A DNA stretch of 63,783 bases, filler included, from Choristocarpus tenellus KU-1152 (GCA_964200185.2; 10 parts of 10 records of this genome joined end to end with filler, not necessarily neighbours in it), one strand, 5' to 3'; counted from the whole stretch's first letter, positions 50,738-63,783 are shown. The notes: generated from the sequence alone by a model not told the origin. Numbers and translations: made by a program.

Positions 50738-52129
50738 TGGAAAGTCAACCTTCAGGGAGAGGTTCAAGAAGAACTTGGAAGCCACTGGGGGTCTACATTG
50801 TGCAGAGGGGGCTCTGGGGACAAGAAGGGCAAGACCCCCCCGCAGTACACAGCCTTCCAAGGTGATCATGATTTACTGCTCACTTCTGGATTGCCCAGGA
50901 TCAGTTAAAGTAGAATTCTCCAACCCACAACGGACTTGTCCTGTCTCTTACCCTGTTCCTCCTCTCTGAGTATGTTTGGCATTGAGGCACTATTGATAAT
51001 CCACTGTGTCAGTGAGTGCGGTACTTTTGAATGCTCGCCCATTCCTCAGCCTACCCTCAACCTGTTCTCTTGTCCAATACACCTTGCAGTAGCAGTAGGC
51101 TATCCTCACCTTCACCCTTCCAATTCCCAATGCCAATTTTGTTGGCCAGGCACTGTCAAAGATGGTGCAAGCTCATCCTCATGTGCAAGAGATGGCACCC
51201 ATGTCCTCAGTGGGTTGTGTCAAGGTGAGCACATCTCACTATTGTGTTTCATTAGAAATGCCTTCGTGTTTGCAAGATTTTTATTTATTTTTTTAAATGC
51301 TCTGCTGACGTGTCGGCCTTGCATTGATTCTGTATGGATGTACTCCCTAGATACATTAAGAATGCATGCTACACTCCAAATTTGAAACCGCTGAAAAAAA
51401 TACAGCGTTCTGGAAGGTCACCAGGTATTTTGAAGAGCTGCATGCTCCAGATTGCGTAATTTTAATTGGTCATTGTAACGTTGCCTTGGGAATTGGCGCA
51501 GTGCACAACGACATGCTCAAGACGCACAGATCATCATCGCCAATGCTGCTTTCCAAGGTCCATAATGGGGAGACTACCCTCGACTAGTGTTGCCTTGACT
51601 GGTCTTTAAAACAAAACTTGACCGATACGATTGCAAATTGTTCAAGAAGGAAATCAACTGCTGCAGAGACAACCGATTTCTGCCATAACCACTCCAACTC
51701 CAGTCCACTCTCGAAGATCACAGCCCTTATCACCTATATTGCCTCCTTGTCCCCCAGTTGCCGCCCACCTCCAACAGACCAAAGGGACTATCTTCCTCTC
51801 CAGGATCCTGTAGGACAGCGACAAGCACTCCAACCCCCGTGTCTCACCCCTTCCTTGCTGCGTCGGCCTCCTCCTTCTTGGCTGCATTGGCAATTGGGGA
51901 TGGATCTAATGAGGCTGCTGAACCAAGGTCTGTTCTGGAAGAGATCTCTGGGGATGTTGGGCATGAAACTGCTGCCACCCTTGCCTCGTCCTCGTCCTTG
52001 TCAGGAGCTCCCTTGTTGTTCTCCAAGGGGGGAGGACGGGGTATCCACCTCACAGTGGATGTGGGGCAGGGCATGTGGGAGACCCGACATCCACTTTCTT
52101 CATCAAAGGGAGCCTTCGTCTTTGGGTGA
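50738..52129 (+). CDS. Possible exons of a hypothetical low-complexity protein
   Basis: GC-richer blocks with AG/GT borders at about 50738-50861 and 51150-51224 (phase-compatible), plus a Ser/Pro-rich ORF 51758-52129. The join to the last block is unresolved. Confidence 0.3.
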
Positions 52130-53045
52130 GAAATGACAAAACCGGCAATCTTGCAGCGCTACTATGAAAATGCTGTGAATGGTTCTTGTCTTACCGTGAT
52201 GTGAAGTGATTCTTAGCACCTCTGCTCCCGAGACTAATCCCTGCATAGGAAGGGGGGAAACAAAGGGTTAAAGAGAGCAGCAAAAGCACTATAGAAATGT
52301 GTGGAGAGTCCCCTCTCTCCTTCGAAGTGTTTTTGACCAGAAAGGGAGATGAGTGTAACCGCCGAACTATGTATGTCCGAGTTTGGCTCTTTCATGCACG
52401 TACGCCGACACACTGTTATACCATTTTGTTTTAAAGTTGTGTTGTTGAAGTGTTGCAGGTAGACTATACTTTGAATGCATTTTGTCATGTTCCAGTGAGT
52501 GTGTGGAATACGTTGTATCCATTTTATGACCAAAATGTACAATGCAGAAACTTTGAGCTTATTGCTCTTTTCAACGCTCATAATGCTTTTTTTGTCACTT
52601 ACACCACAGCAATACAAGTGCACAAAGCCCTCCCTCCACCTGAGCAGGTTGGTAGAGAACAAGTTTGGCATTAGGTAATCCTCTCCCCTATCCACTTGTT
52701 TTAATTTAAGTATGACTGTGTCATCGCCCCTCCATCCTGAAACGCCCATTCCCCTCCTCTCCCATCGCATGCTTTGCTCTCACATACAACCTTCCTCGTG
52801 GACTGGCTCTCATCAGGATGGACAATGGCGCCATTCATGAGGTGCTCTTTCCCCCTTCCCCTTCTATTCTAAAACTAGCAAAGTACTAGGGATACATAGG
52901 CATACCATACTTTGCAGTTGGTCGTTATCAGGAAACATAGAACAGAGACGTTTTAGACCTGCCCATCCCCTAGGATGCACTGACCCGTGTTAGGAGCTGT
53001 GCATCTTGTTGTAAGAGCTTGTTATATTATTGTCCTTGTAGTTGC

Positions 53046-53083
<38 letters not shown>

Positions 53084-53299
53084 AACCAACTGAGAGGTAG
53101 GCAGGTTTGGACCCTCTTGCATTCTAAGTCATCTTTCTTACCCCGTGCAATTACACTCACTCTATTTCAATACTATATATGCACAATTGTGTAAGCAAAA
53201 TTGATATCCCCCCTTTTCCACACACAATGTGACACCGCGATTTAGCAAAGACTCCTTTCTGTATTTATACAAAATTATATCTTTTTGCCGTTTCTCGGG

Positions 53300-55000
53300 A
53301 TCCTTACATTGCAACCCTGCCCATCTCTCAGTTGGATTGGTTCAGAGTGAGAGAGTACTGCTGATATATCACCACCAACCCTACAGTGTGAACGGTGTGG
53401 TTGTGGACATGAAATCGGACCATAGTTCAGAATCGATGTGTGGTAGGATTGCTGAATGCAGTTTATCATGTCTTCGGAGAAAAGGTCATCTTACCAGGTT
53501 CTGTTAATGGAAAAATCGAAATTGCGTATCCATTACCCCTGAAGCTATGTGTCTGAATCCATGCGAAAAGCCATGCTCTCCCAGCCTATTGCCCCCCCCT
53601 TCTCTCCCTATTCTCACCCCCTACTCTATGATGTCTTGCTCTCTTTTTTCCTCTACCCCTATGCCAATCACTTGTTCCAACTCCCCATTATCTTGTTGAA
53701 CAATCACATGCCAACACGGATGCAGTTGACCCCTGCAAACTGTGACCACGTCATCGGGACTCCTACCCCAACATGCTTCCTCAACACCTCCAAGATATTC
53801 TCATTTGCGGATCTCTAGGCCCTACCCATGTTCCGCCCATGCCCTGCCTACTAAAAATCGCAAAATAAGAGTTTGTGGAGTGGGAGCATGTCGGGGGGGT
53901 TGCATCCATTAGACCTGAAGAGCACAATGTGCTTACCTCTGTGCCAAGAGGGAGTACACAAGAGGGGAAGGTTATGAATTACTGCAATTCATCTCCTCCC
54001 TGTAGTCAGCCAGCGCTATTTGAGATTTTTATACTTCATTACTACGTGGGAGATAGCTGACGGAGCCTGGTGAGGAAGTGAATCGCTGGTGGCTGCCAAC
54101 GGTATGAACAAAAGTGCGTCTCAGTGGGGTTTCCTTGACAAAGGAACTGGTATGATATCCATCTATCTCCATGCATGCTTCGTCTGTGATGGAGGTCGGG
54201 GGCTCGGGGAGGAGGAAATATAAGGATGTTGATACGAACGTGCATCTTCATATAGCCAAGAAAAGGCACACAAAAAAAATGTCACTGAGCAAGTGATCAT
54301 TGCTGGGTGTTCTTATCCCTGTGGAAATAGTGCGTTTTGCCAAACAGCACACTGTAATTATGTGGTCATGGCCTAGTTTTTGTCACGATAGCTGCTACTT
54401 CCTGGTTGAGGAGTTCTTTCCTGTATTGCACCTACCCAATTGCTCACCCTCCCTCAAATTCTCCATGTTCTGGGAGTGGGTAGGGGGAAAAGAGGGAGGG
54501 GCAAGGCGATTTGTTTACTTTGGTGCTCTTGAGGAAAGAATCCGCACCATGCACGTGCCTGAGGAGTCCACATCCAGAAGTCTCTACTATCCAACCCGCT
54601 GAATATGCCTAGGAAGGTTCTCAGACCGGTCTTCAAGTATCAAGAGGGAACAGAATAAGTAGTCTGCGGGGTGAAGTTGCTGAGAGGCGAGATGGTTTGC
54701 ACATGCCCTCATGTTTACTTTTCTCCACCAAGTGAGGTCTCTACGACGAGCACCAAGTGAGGTCAATTTCAGTTGCCTGTGGCATAAAAAAAAGCGAGCC
54801 TTGTATGTTGAGGGGACAGCACCCATCCCCAGTAGTGTAGTGAGCATTGCACGTTTTTGTGGTAGGGTATTTTCCATGCCTAGTGCGCCCCCTTTTGTTT
54901 GGCAAGGGACTGTGTGCCTAAGAGTTTCAGGCTGACTTGTGAGGAAGTGACGTTGGCAGTGATAAAGGGGGTCGTTGCTTCCGGTATAATCAATCTTACG
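53300..55000 (-). mobile_element. Degenerate copia-like pol remnant
   Basis: RAMLTTLLG...SQQLHPAD in ORF 54587-55165 resembles the integrase C-terminal RAML...KL.P. RT-like traces near 53900-54150 are weak. Boundaries approximate. Confidence 0.35.
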
Positions 55001-55807
55001 TGGGAGTGTATGTGTCACATTCGTTTCTTGGGCTGTCTTAATGGTCCATGCATAGCGTTTGGGTGGGGGTGTAGTTGAGGTGTGTGTGCTAAAAAAAAGT
55101 GGTTTGTCATCCGCAGTTTGTTGTTCGTTTCGAGGCGTTTTCATCGAAATATTTTGATGTATCAATATTTGATTGTTTGTACTTGCTTGGTTGCTTTGAC
55201 ATGCTGGAGGTTAATGGCTTGTCTTGGTCGGGCAAGTGTCTAAGGACTTTGTTGGGACTGCTCCCTCTAAAATGCGTATCTTCCTTTTTTTCTTCTCTTT
55301 TTTTTGGTTCATAGTGCTACCTATGTACACATGTACATATGCACGCATGCATGAGTGTGTGCCTTGCCTCGCAGCCAATTGACTTTTATTGTTTTTTTCC
55401 ATATTGCTCATATTTCTGACTTTTTTTGCCATCTTTCCATGAAGTGCTCTGACCTGAGCCCCACCAACAGCGAGTGGGTTATACTGTGGGCAGGTGGCAG
55501 TGGTGCAGAAGGTAGGAGGAATAGCCTGGAGCAAAATCTATATTCTGTTGATTCGGTACAATTTATATTCTGTTTTGCACCTGCCTGTCTGACTGGCAGA
55601 GTGACTTTGTGTTTGAGTGATTATTGGTAAGGCACCAAGATGTGTCAGTTAGTAACTGAGGCAACTGCTTACATGCACAAGTTGCACTGAGTGTTCACTA
55701 ATACTATGGTACACACTAGCGCGTGTGTGACACCTCCTAACTCCACATTGTTCTAGCTGTTTTGGGGAGGGAGGAGTTTGTTGCTGCGCATGATACGGTG
55801 AGGGGTT

Positions 55808-55986
55808 GACCCAAAGTATCTGGGAGGTGGGGTGGGTCTACACCAGGGTGTCCATTTGGGGAAAAATCAGGAAAAGTGCATTTACAGTAACCATCCGACG
55901 ATTGCAACCAAATCACTAAAAAATTGCGACATGAAAAAGTTGACGCCAAATGGACAGCCACCACCCCCTCCCAGATACTTTGAGTC
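55808..55986. mobile_element. MITE family B, complete copy (179 bp) with perfect 4-bp TSD GGTT
   Basis: GGTT|GACCCAAAGTATCTGGGAGG...CCTCCCAGATACTTTGAGTC|GGTT; subterminal GTCCATTTGG at both ends. Confidence 0.92.
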
Positions 55987-56475
55987 GGTTAGCATGCACT
56001 TGATGCTATTACATTTTATTGGGTTCTTACATTTATTCGAGGTATTGTGTATTTTTGGATTCTTTGCTGTGAGGGTTGTGGACAACCGTTAGTACCTCCT
56101 TCAAATGATCTCCTACCTTTGTTCCCTTGTCAGCCTATACTTTGTTCAACTTCTTCAGGCAGAAGGGGAGAGATGAGGGGCTGAGGTTTCAAGTTTGGGA
56201 CGCAGAATTACGAAGGGGATTTTATGTCAAAAGACTGCTCATTTTCGAACTTGCAAAAACATCAACCTAAATCCTCCTGTCCACCTACTATATAGTAGCG
56301 GCAGGTGTATCAGAAAGATGGATGGCGTAGTAGTAGTTCTACCCTTCTTCTATCTCTTCCTCTTTCTACTTCTACTTCCTACCATTTTGCCCTTCTGGTT
56401 ATAGTACTCTAGGTTCTGGTCGGCGCATTATGTGCACTCTGGAGTATATTATACTTGCAAGTTAGATGAAGTATT

Positions 56476-56695
56476 GAGCCAAAGTATTAGAGAGGGAGGT
56501 ACCGTTGTTGAGTTCAAAGGTTCCCCCCTCTGACTTTCCAGGTGGCACAGGTTTTTGGAGTACACAACCCCCAACTTTGGTGTGCATTTTGACCCTTTTG
56601 ACCCAAAGTATCTGGGGGGGGGGGGGGGGGGGGGCCCTCGACGACGGCGGGGTGATCGGAAGAAGGGGGGAGGGAAGGATCTTCTTTCACACGTC
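56476..56695. mobile_element. Two further AAAGTAT-type element ends, possibly nested
   Basis: GAGCCAAAGTATTAGAGAGGG at 56476 and GACCCAAAGTATCTGGGGG at 56600, running into the contig end. Confidence 0.65.
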
Positions 56696-58101
56696 NNNNN
56701 NNNNNNNNNNNNNNNNNNNNNNNNNNNNNNNNNNNNNNNTTAATTAATTAANNNNNNNNNNNNNNNNNNNNNNNNNNNNNNNNNNNNNNNNNNNNGGGGG
56801 GGGGGGGGGGGGGGGTCGATATTGCAGAAACAGGCTTGTGCATTTTCCCTTTAGCATTGAGCGTTCCAAGGAAACTTGTTGACCTCCAAACTAAATGTGA
56901 TGTGCGAACAAGGAGTGTAATTCACGAAGGATAAGGAACAAGTACTTGATGCGTAACAAGCATGAAGAGATGATGTCTCGATGGTGTTCCGCTACTGTGA
57001 GAGTCATTAATAGCAATATTATTTATGCGTACTCCGAGTAATTCGAAGTATAACGTAGGTTCCGTGCTTCTCTATCCACTTTCATTCGGCGTAAACATGA
57101 AACGACCCAGATGCATACTTTGAACTGTCTTTTATTTGATTATTTGAGTTCAATCATGCTTCTTACCAGCTACAGGCACCAGAGCAATTATCAGCATAAG
57201 GTATTGTGCGTACTCTCGTGGAAGGACCGACTTCATTCATCTACATAGATATTGAGTATCATAAATTATTCCCAATGAGTCCTTAAGCATTAACAGAGTC
57301 ATCCATGCATTGACGTGGACTGGAACTCATGATCCTGCACTTAGTTGGGGTGCTTAGCATCCCTACTGTCAGACAAGTGAGCAAAAAAAATTCTTGATGA
57401 TCGAGAACCAAAGTTTTGCCTATTTGTCATCCTGAAATGACAAATCACAATGACACACCGTGGGCAATTCGCAACTCTAAAAGAACACTACCGGAATCTG
57501 AACCATATAACGCAATCCCTGCTTTCAAAAATAATATGGATCAACTCTGCTCTGAAACATTTTAAGAGCAAACAAGTATCTACCTTAGAGCATAGAACCT
57601 ATAACCCCTCATCTAATAAATATTTATTGAAAAAATATATAATATGTATATATATAAATCAATCTTATAATATTGCGTACAAGGGCAAAGTACACGTTCC
57701 AGATCGATAATATTATCCTCGCAATCAGATCAGACACTGTTACACTACAGTCTCCCACCCATCACCTCTATCCCTCTAAGTGGGCTACATTGCTGACAAC
57801 CCATTCTGAACGAAACGCAGACAGTCTAAAAATAACCGCTTCGTTCAGTCACACGTACTACACGAAAGGGTATGATATGTCAATTCCTCTTGAGCATCAT
57901 GCTAAGTGGGAAACAAAGCATCGCACTCCACTTCACTTCACCATACAACACAACACCCAAGAAAGAAGACGAGCCAAGGAAGTGGTCTTATCGTGTTGAC
58001 TTTCTTTTACCGTCTGTCCAAAACATTAGTTTAACCTGACTGAAGATATTTGCTATATTTCAATCTACCCCAGACAAAACCTTAGAAATATGTCACCTCA
58101 C

Positions 58102-59491
58102 CTTGCCAGCAGTACAGCCAAGGTCAACAATAAAAATATCCACAATGAGAGCGCTGAGACTCCACTAGGAATCGAGATCGCCACAGGCCACCCACTATGC
58201 CATGTCAGCGTGGCTTTCACGCACACATAACCTAACCCAAAAAATCAACGACATCTATGAATCACTCCGCGTGTCAAACAATCGCCCAATATTTGAGCTC
58301 GGAAAATCATCTCGCTGATGGACGCCCACAGAATACAAGCAATCCACGGCTGTAGACCTTACCCAATTTGCTAAGTTCTTTCCTTTACCCCGTATTCCTG
58401 GAATCTTCGCTCTACCAGACCAAATTGTCATTAAAGAAGAGCATTCCGTCTCTGCTTGGTCCTCGTGTTTTGCAGGTGTCTCGTTCACCTTGTCGCCTGG
58501 TTGAAGTAGCTCTGTTGGTGTGCTTGGGAAGAAGCTCAAGGAGTACCCATGCACTGGAGGTAACACTCCCTCGATTTCGGTTGCTGTATCTCTTGCACAC
58601 GTCACTGCGCCCGATCTCGAAAATACCTTCGTTGGTGCCTCCATTGTTGCCTTCGGACCTACAACTCGTACCTTCTCCCGTGTTTCCTTTTCGATGGATT
58701 CGAATTCTGTTGAGGTGATAGGAAGTATACAGAAAGGGGAACTGTAGCACTGATCCGTTGCTACAGGCGAACCTAAAGTGGTACGCACGTCCGCCCCTTC
58801 GCCAGATCCAGGAGGAGATGGGAACTGGTCGGTCAGTGTCTTTATTTGTTCAATCAAGAGCCCGATGTCGTGCCCTGATGATGAGGTTGAAGAGGACACT
58901 GTTGGGGAGCACGGAACCGTTGTCGCTGATGCCAGTGGTGACGCAGATGTCGGGGTTGCACAACGTTGTGCTTGCTCTGTTGTGTCATACGTCATTTCCC
59001 TGCTGAGAGATACTGCGGGATTTTCCGCTGTGCAGACCAATCGTTTCCCCATCAAATTAGGCTCCGATGAAAACTCTGCTATTGCAGGGTGTACCAGAAC
59101 GCAAATTTGCAAGAGATGAGGAGAGGTCAACAAGTGAGGACTAGGATTGTAAAGGGGTGAAAGAGTCGAAAAGGGTGGAAGTAATCGTCATACAAGCCGT
59201 TTCTTCAAAGGGACCACCACTTCCTTAAGAATATCACCAAGGCTCCTCGAAGGAGACTACCAGATAATAATCCAAACCATGCGCTAGCTAGCCCAGCGCT
59301 TACCGTCTGCGAGGGAAGATAATGGAGAAGATAATGGAGAACAGCTTGGAGTTGATGACTCATTGGTTGGTGACTCATTTGAAGTCAGTCGCAATGGAAG
59401 AAGGCCCAGGATTGTATTAGACGGTTTGCAGACGCCGACGCCGGCACCACAACAGGTCGGAGAAGTCAGCATGCTTCCCACGTTGGCAGAT
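58102..59491 (-). CDS. Hypothetical Ser/Pro/Thr-rich protein, possibly with a transmembrane exon
   Basis: Exons 59491-59304 and 59078-58363 are phase-compatible and include most of the 292-aa ORF. A hydrophobic candidate exon 58213-58102 (SALSLWIFLLLTLAVLLA) has an unresolved phase. Confidence 0.5.
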
Positions 59492-60688
59492 CTAGGGTAG
59501 GAGACAGCTTCTTAGGTGATTTGGTACTAGGAATAAACCTGTAACACGTAGTGTAGATACCCCCGAATGTGTATGACGCTAAATTCACAAAAATAACCTA
59601 TGTATCCCCTATTTCCTACCTATGAGAAAACTGTAACATATTAAACAGTAGAAATGGATAGTTCCCATTTGTAGGTCACACAGATAAATCCTAGGATAAA
59701 TCCTAGTGGGTGGTACATTGGATCGGATCAACTACACAACCAACGGCACACACACATATATATATATATATATATAATATATAACAAAAAACAGACTTGG
59801 AAAAGAGATACTCAGGGTGGTGTAAGGGACTTGTTCTGTTTTGTTATTTCAGTAAGGGTTAGGGTTTTATACTAATATACTTGCACGCACATGATGATGT
59901 CTATATATATAATATACGCCCAATGTTAGATCACGAGATAAATCCTAGTGACATTAGAAATAAACAGTACAATATTAGTACCTCCGACCTAGAAATAGAT
60001 GAAGAGAATTTCATGAACAGCAATCCTTTAATTGACACAATTCTAAGAGACCTCAATTTTTTCATGATATAATATATACAAGAAATATACAAAGAAATGA
60101 AAGAAGAAAAAGAAGGACGTGAGGAAGTTGTAAAATTATACATGTCTTTTTGTATGAATAATACCCTCACCAACCTACACCCACACCAACATACACCTCC
60201 ACTAAGGTGTACACCCACTAAGATTTATCTCTGTGATCTACCTCATTTATATTTGTACCCACACAGAAGAAACAGGGTAACGCTCATGCCCACACCCACT
60301 GCGATTTCCAATACAAAATATTATTCTTCCGTTACAATTCTCACCTTGTTTTTTCTAATTTCCATTGACTACAAATATATAATACTTTGCCTTCCATACA
60401 TTTACTAACATTCATCTCTGCCATCTACTAATCTACTAATCTACTACATACATTTTTTTTATCCACATAGAAATACCAGAGAGGAGAAATGCTCACACAC
60501 ACAATAAAATTTCTAACACAAAATATCATTCTTCTCCTTTCTTTACAATTCCCACTTTTTTCCCCCATTTCAATTCACTATTTAATATAATGCCTCCTTT
60601 TGTCAAACAGATTGAAACAGGTAGACAGAATATTCAGACTGAAGTGGACTGGGAATACCCACAGGAGGAAGAAATTCGAGAGAGGGAA

Positions 60689-60757
60689 GGGTCAAAGTAT
60701 CTTGGGGGGGGGTGTCGGCGTCTGTTTTTCACCATTTTTTCGATTTTCACTTTTTTG
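60689..60757. mobile_element. AAAGTATCT-type element end, cut by the contig end
   Basis: GGGTCAAAGTATCTTGGGGGGG. Confidence 0.7.
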
Positions 60758-60857
60758 NNNNNNNNNNNNNNNNNNNNNNNNNNNNNNNNNNNNNNNNNNN
60801 NTTAATTAATTAANNNNNNNNNNNNNNNNNNNNNNNNNNNNNNNNNNNNNNNNNNNN

Positions 60858-62252
60858 CAAACATTCCCACATGCATCACAATTCCCTTGGAACTCGTTCT
60901 TCTTCCTCACACTCAGTCCACTACCAGGTGTGCCTTGCCCTGGTTTGCCATTTGTCTCCCCAAACTTAGGCTTTCCCTCTTGGTGCTACCACCAGTTTCA
61001 CCTTGCTTGGTTTATGTCGATTCAAATTCTCAGGCCCTCTCATACATTCTCCAGCTTTCGGCTTCCTCCTCCTTTACTAGCTCAAAGATCTGGTCTGGAT
61101 CATTTTTTTGCTCAGGCCTCCAAGCCACATACTTTGCAATTTCAGCCTTTAACGCAGGGGGTTTAAGCCCTGCAATAAAGGCCTCTGAGAGTACCTTTCC
61201 CGGCCCTGCTTTCCAAGTCTCCCCCACTTGTCCAGCATTATCATGAAAAGCACCATCCAGATTGTTATCTTTCAGATAGCTTTCTATATCCTGGATCACA
61301 CCCATGACGCCATTCGCGACTGACCCTTCGTTTCCCATCCAGGCCACCCTCTGCAAATCCCTTTGAACTTTCCCAATGTCGAAGCTTTTGCAGTCGTTAT
61401 TGACTCTCGCCACCTTCTTTAGCAACTTAAGGAGTTGCTCCCCTGTTGCTGCACTCCAATTGTTTTTCAATTCGCCCCGCACCAGTGCTCGTCTCTGAGC
61501 AACGGTTAAGGACTCGGACAAGTGCATGAATGCAATTTGAATTATCTCCTTCTGAGTGCTGTATTCTAACGCTCATCTCATATTCGCGTCGGGCTGTGAG
61601 AAACTCCCTCACCTCCCCTTCTCAGCAAGTCTCTCAACCCGTGGAGGTTGAATATGCTGCGCTATCATCGATTTAGACCAATCGGTCTCTTGCAACCCCC
61701 CCCAGGCTGCGCCAGGTCCATCGCCGTCGTTCATTGACATATTGAACCCTTCGTCTTTCAAGTAACTATGCTGGTTTCTGCCCGGTTGTGTGCACTCCAA
61801 GCTCCAGCGAGTTCCCGCGATCACGTTTTGACCTTTCCCAGCCAATTCTAGTGCCGCACTTGATCCTATGGCCAGATCTCGAGAATTCAATTGAATTATA
61901 GACAGTTCAACCACAGGAAATTATCTATGATAGCATGTAAGGACTCCACCCCACGTTGGGGCTTCCAGCTCTGTTATTTATTGAAGGAGTGAGCATAGAT
62001 CCAGTCAAGGATCACATATGCTCCAAACATCAAATAATGCAAACTCCTCAGCTATGGAAGGAAAACCCTCCATGATGTGTATCTACAGGTTCTCGTGTCT
62101 TGAATGTTCCAAAAGATGCTCGTCGAACAGATACATTCATCCTTCCGATTTGTTGTGTCCATTGCCCCACAACACGGCGTGCATCGACAAATTATGTCAT
62201 GGTTCATGTCGTATAGTCCTGACTCGCCTCCTCTTCATCCATGCATGTGACA
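60858..62252 (-). mobile_element. LTR retrotransposon 5' part (candidate LTR, PBS, frameshifted gag), probably Ty3/gypsy-like
   Basis: Intronless gag-like ORFs 61914-61030 lead to the start of a zinc knuckle (GNCDACGNV) at the contig edge. TGGAAGCCCCAACGTGGGG at 61967-61949 resembles a tRNA-Lys PBS (TGGCGCCCAACGTGGGG). Candidate LTR TGTCA...TAACA 62252-61972 is unconfirmed. Confidence 0.6.
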
Positions 62253-63756
62253 TGCCTTGCTTGTCTTCCTAATCTATGGACTTCAAAAATCTACCAAAAT
62301 ATATCAAACCACTCTACTCCTTTGCTTCTTCCTTTTCCTCAGCCTTTGCCTCATCCTTTGCCTCATCCTTTGCCTCCTCCTCTGTCTCCTCCTTCGCCTC
62401 GTCCTTTGCCTCCTCGTGTACCATAGCAGAGGTCAGCCGAGTCACAAGCACTATCATTACGCCAGACAATAACGCCAAGTCCGAATACGACCTTTAGAAC
62501 TTCAAGGAAGAAACGCGTGTCGCCCACGAGAACGCGGTCGCGAATCTCCAGACCCAACCAGGAGGCATTACTATAACATGCACTGTCCTTGGCGACAATC
62601 ACGATCCGGATCGTATCCAACTCCGGATCGACAACCTCTACACCTTCTGCAATTTTGCGCTCTCCAAGACACCGGTAGAGGACCTTTGGCGTATCTATGC
62701 CTGAAGACAGTGGAGGACCTGACCCCAATAGTGATAAAGAGGAACAGGAGATGCCATCGCTTAACCCGACTGGAGGTGTGAGGAACGGGACACACCATTT
62801 GGGGGCAGCCTGGTAACCCCAACCTCGGAACACAACTCTACTGGCGATAGGGACCGATCTGGTTCTAGCGTGTTATCGTCTCCAGAGGAAGATGTCCAGG
62901 AAGACGTGGGGGAGATGCTAGACATGGGAACAGAGTCCATGCCTGGGAGGAATAATAGAGGAATGTCCCCAATTGTCCATGCGATGGGTAGCAGTGGGGA
63001 CAAGTCCGTCGATCTTGACCCAACGGGTAAAAGGAATAGAAATGACGATATTGGGGAGTGAAGTGGGACCCCCATCCATGCCGAGTTAACAACACCTACG
63101 GTTGCGAGGAAATCATCAGGTTCCTCTTAGAGAGACAAGCCTTCGGCGAACAAGGCAAACCTTGACAAGACTAAAACTTCTGTCAATAGGAAGAAGAGGT
63201 CAGCAAAAGGTGATGAGCGGATCAGACCCTTCAAAAGCCTCGTGCAAATGACACGGACGTGAAGGACAACAAGCTTCTTCTCGAACATATTCGCTTCTGC
63301 CAGTACGAGCAGAGAGGCAGAAACAGCAGCGACAATCAAAACAACGCATCAGAGAGACACACTGGTCACAGATTGTTCAGATGCTATGATCCAGGATGAT
63401 GACGGGGACAGTTCCGCATTTGGTGATGACCCCTGCGCCACACAGGAATCGGTCAACTCCGGCGATACAACCATTGTGAGAATAACAGAAGCTTTTATGG
63501 AGGTGTGCATGAAGGAACTCCTCCGATCGGCCACAAGACCTGCATCTTCGCAGTACCGTGTCCAGACACAGATCCTAACCCAGGTCATATACGACCATGG
63601 GTTCAGACTAGTCAAGGCCGGCAGAGCGGTCAAAAATCATGTCCAATGGGATGACTACTACGTACGCGAGCAATCCATAAAAAACTGAGTGGTCGTGGAG
63701 GGAAGCCGAACAGCACGTTGCGCCCGGAGCATGTGGAAGCCCTCCGTGAAAGGAAA

Positions 63757-63783
63757 GGCTCAAAGTATCTGGGAGGGGGTGGC
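63757..63783. mobile_element. MITE family B end at the window edge
   Basis: GGCTCAAAGTATCTGGGAGGGGGTGGC, identical to 25471-25497. Confidence 0.85.

Overview
Eukaryotic, intron-rich, transposon-rich DNA. A stramenopile or brown-alga-like source is my inference from the long introns and frequent interstitial TTAGGG; the organism cannot be proven from sequence. The window is ten contigs joined by nine artificial 100-nt linkers (N44-TTAATTAATTAA-N44), so adjacency across linkers means nothing. Host genes: the 3' part of a 13-exon ABCC/MRP transporter (+), an ankyrin-repeat gene (-), a DysF-domain plus coiled-coil gene fragment (-) and two or three hypothetical genes. Mobile DNA: a disrupted Ty1/copia element with its 5' LTR and a half-tRNA-type PBS, a related solo LTR with a perfect 5-bp TSD, several retroelement fossils, and a TTAA-flanked foldback element. 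The most notable item is a candidate DNA-transposon system. It comprises an intact, six-exon, Sola-like DDD transposase gene and two related MITE families. The MITE ends carry the same two motifs, separated by spacers that differ between the two ends by about one helical turn (16/26 and 17/28 bp), reminiscent of the 12/23 RSS rule. Also notable: a tandem array of hairpin units with a compensatory base-pair change, and frequent AAG splice acceptors in host genes.
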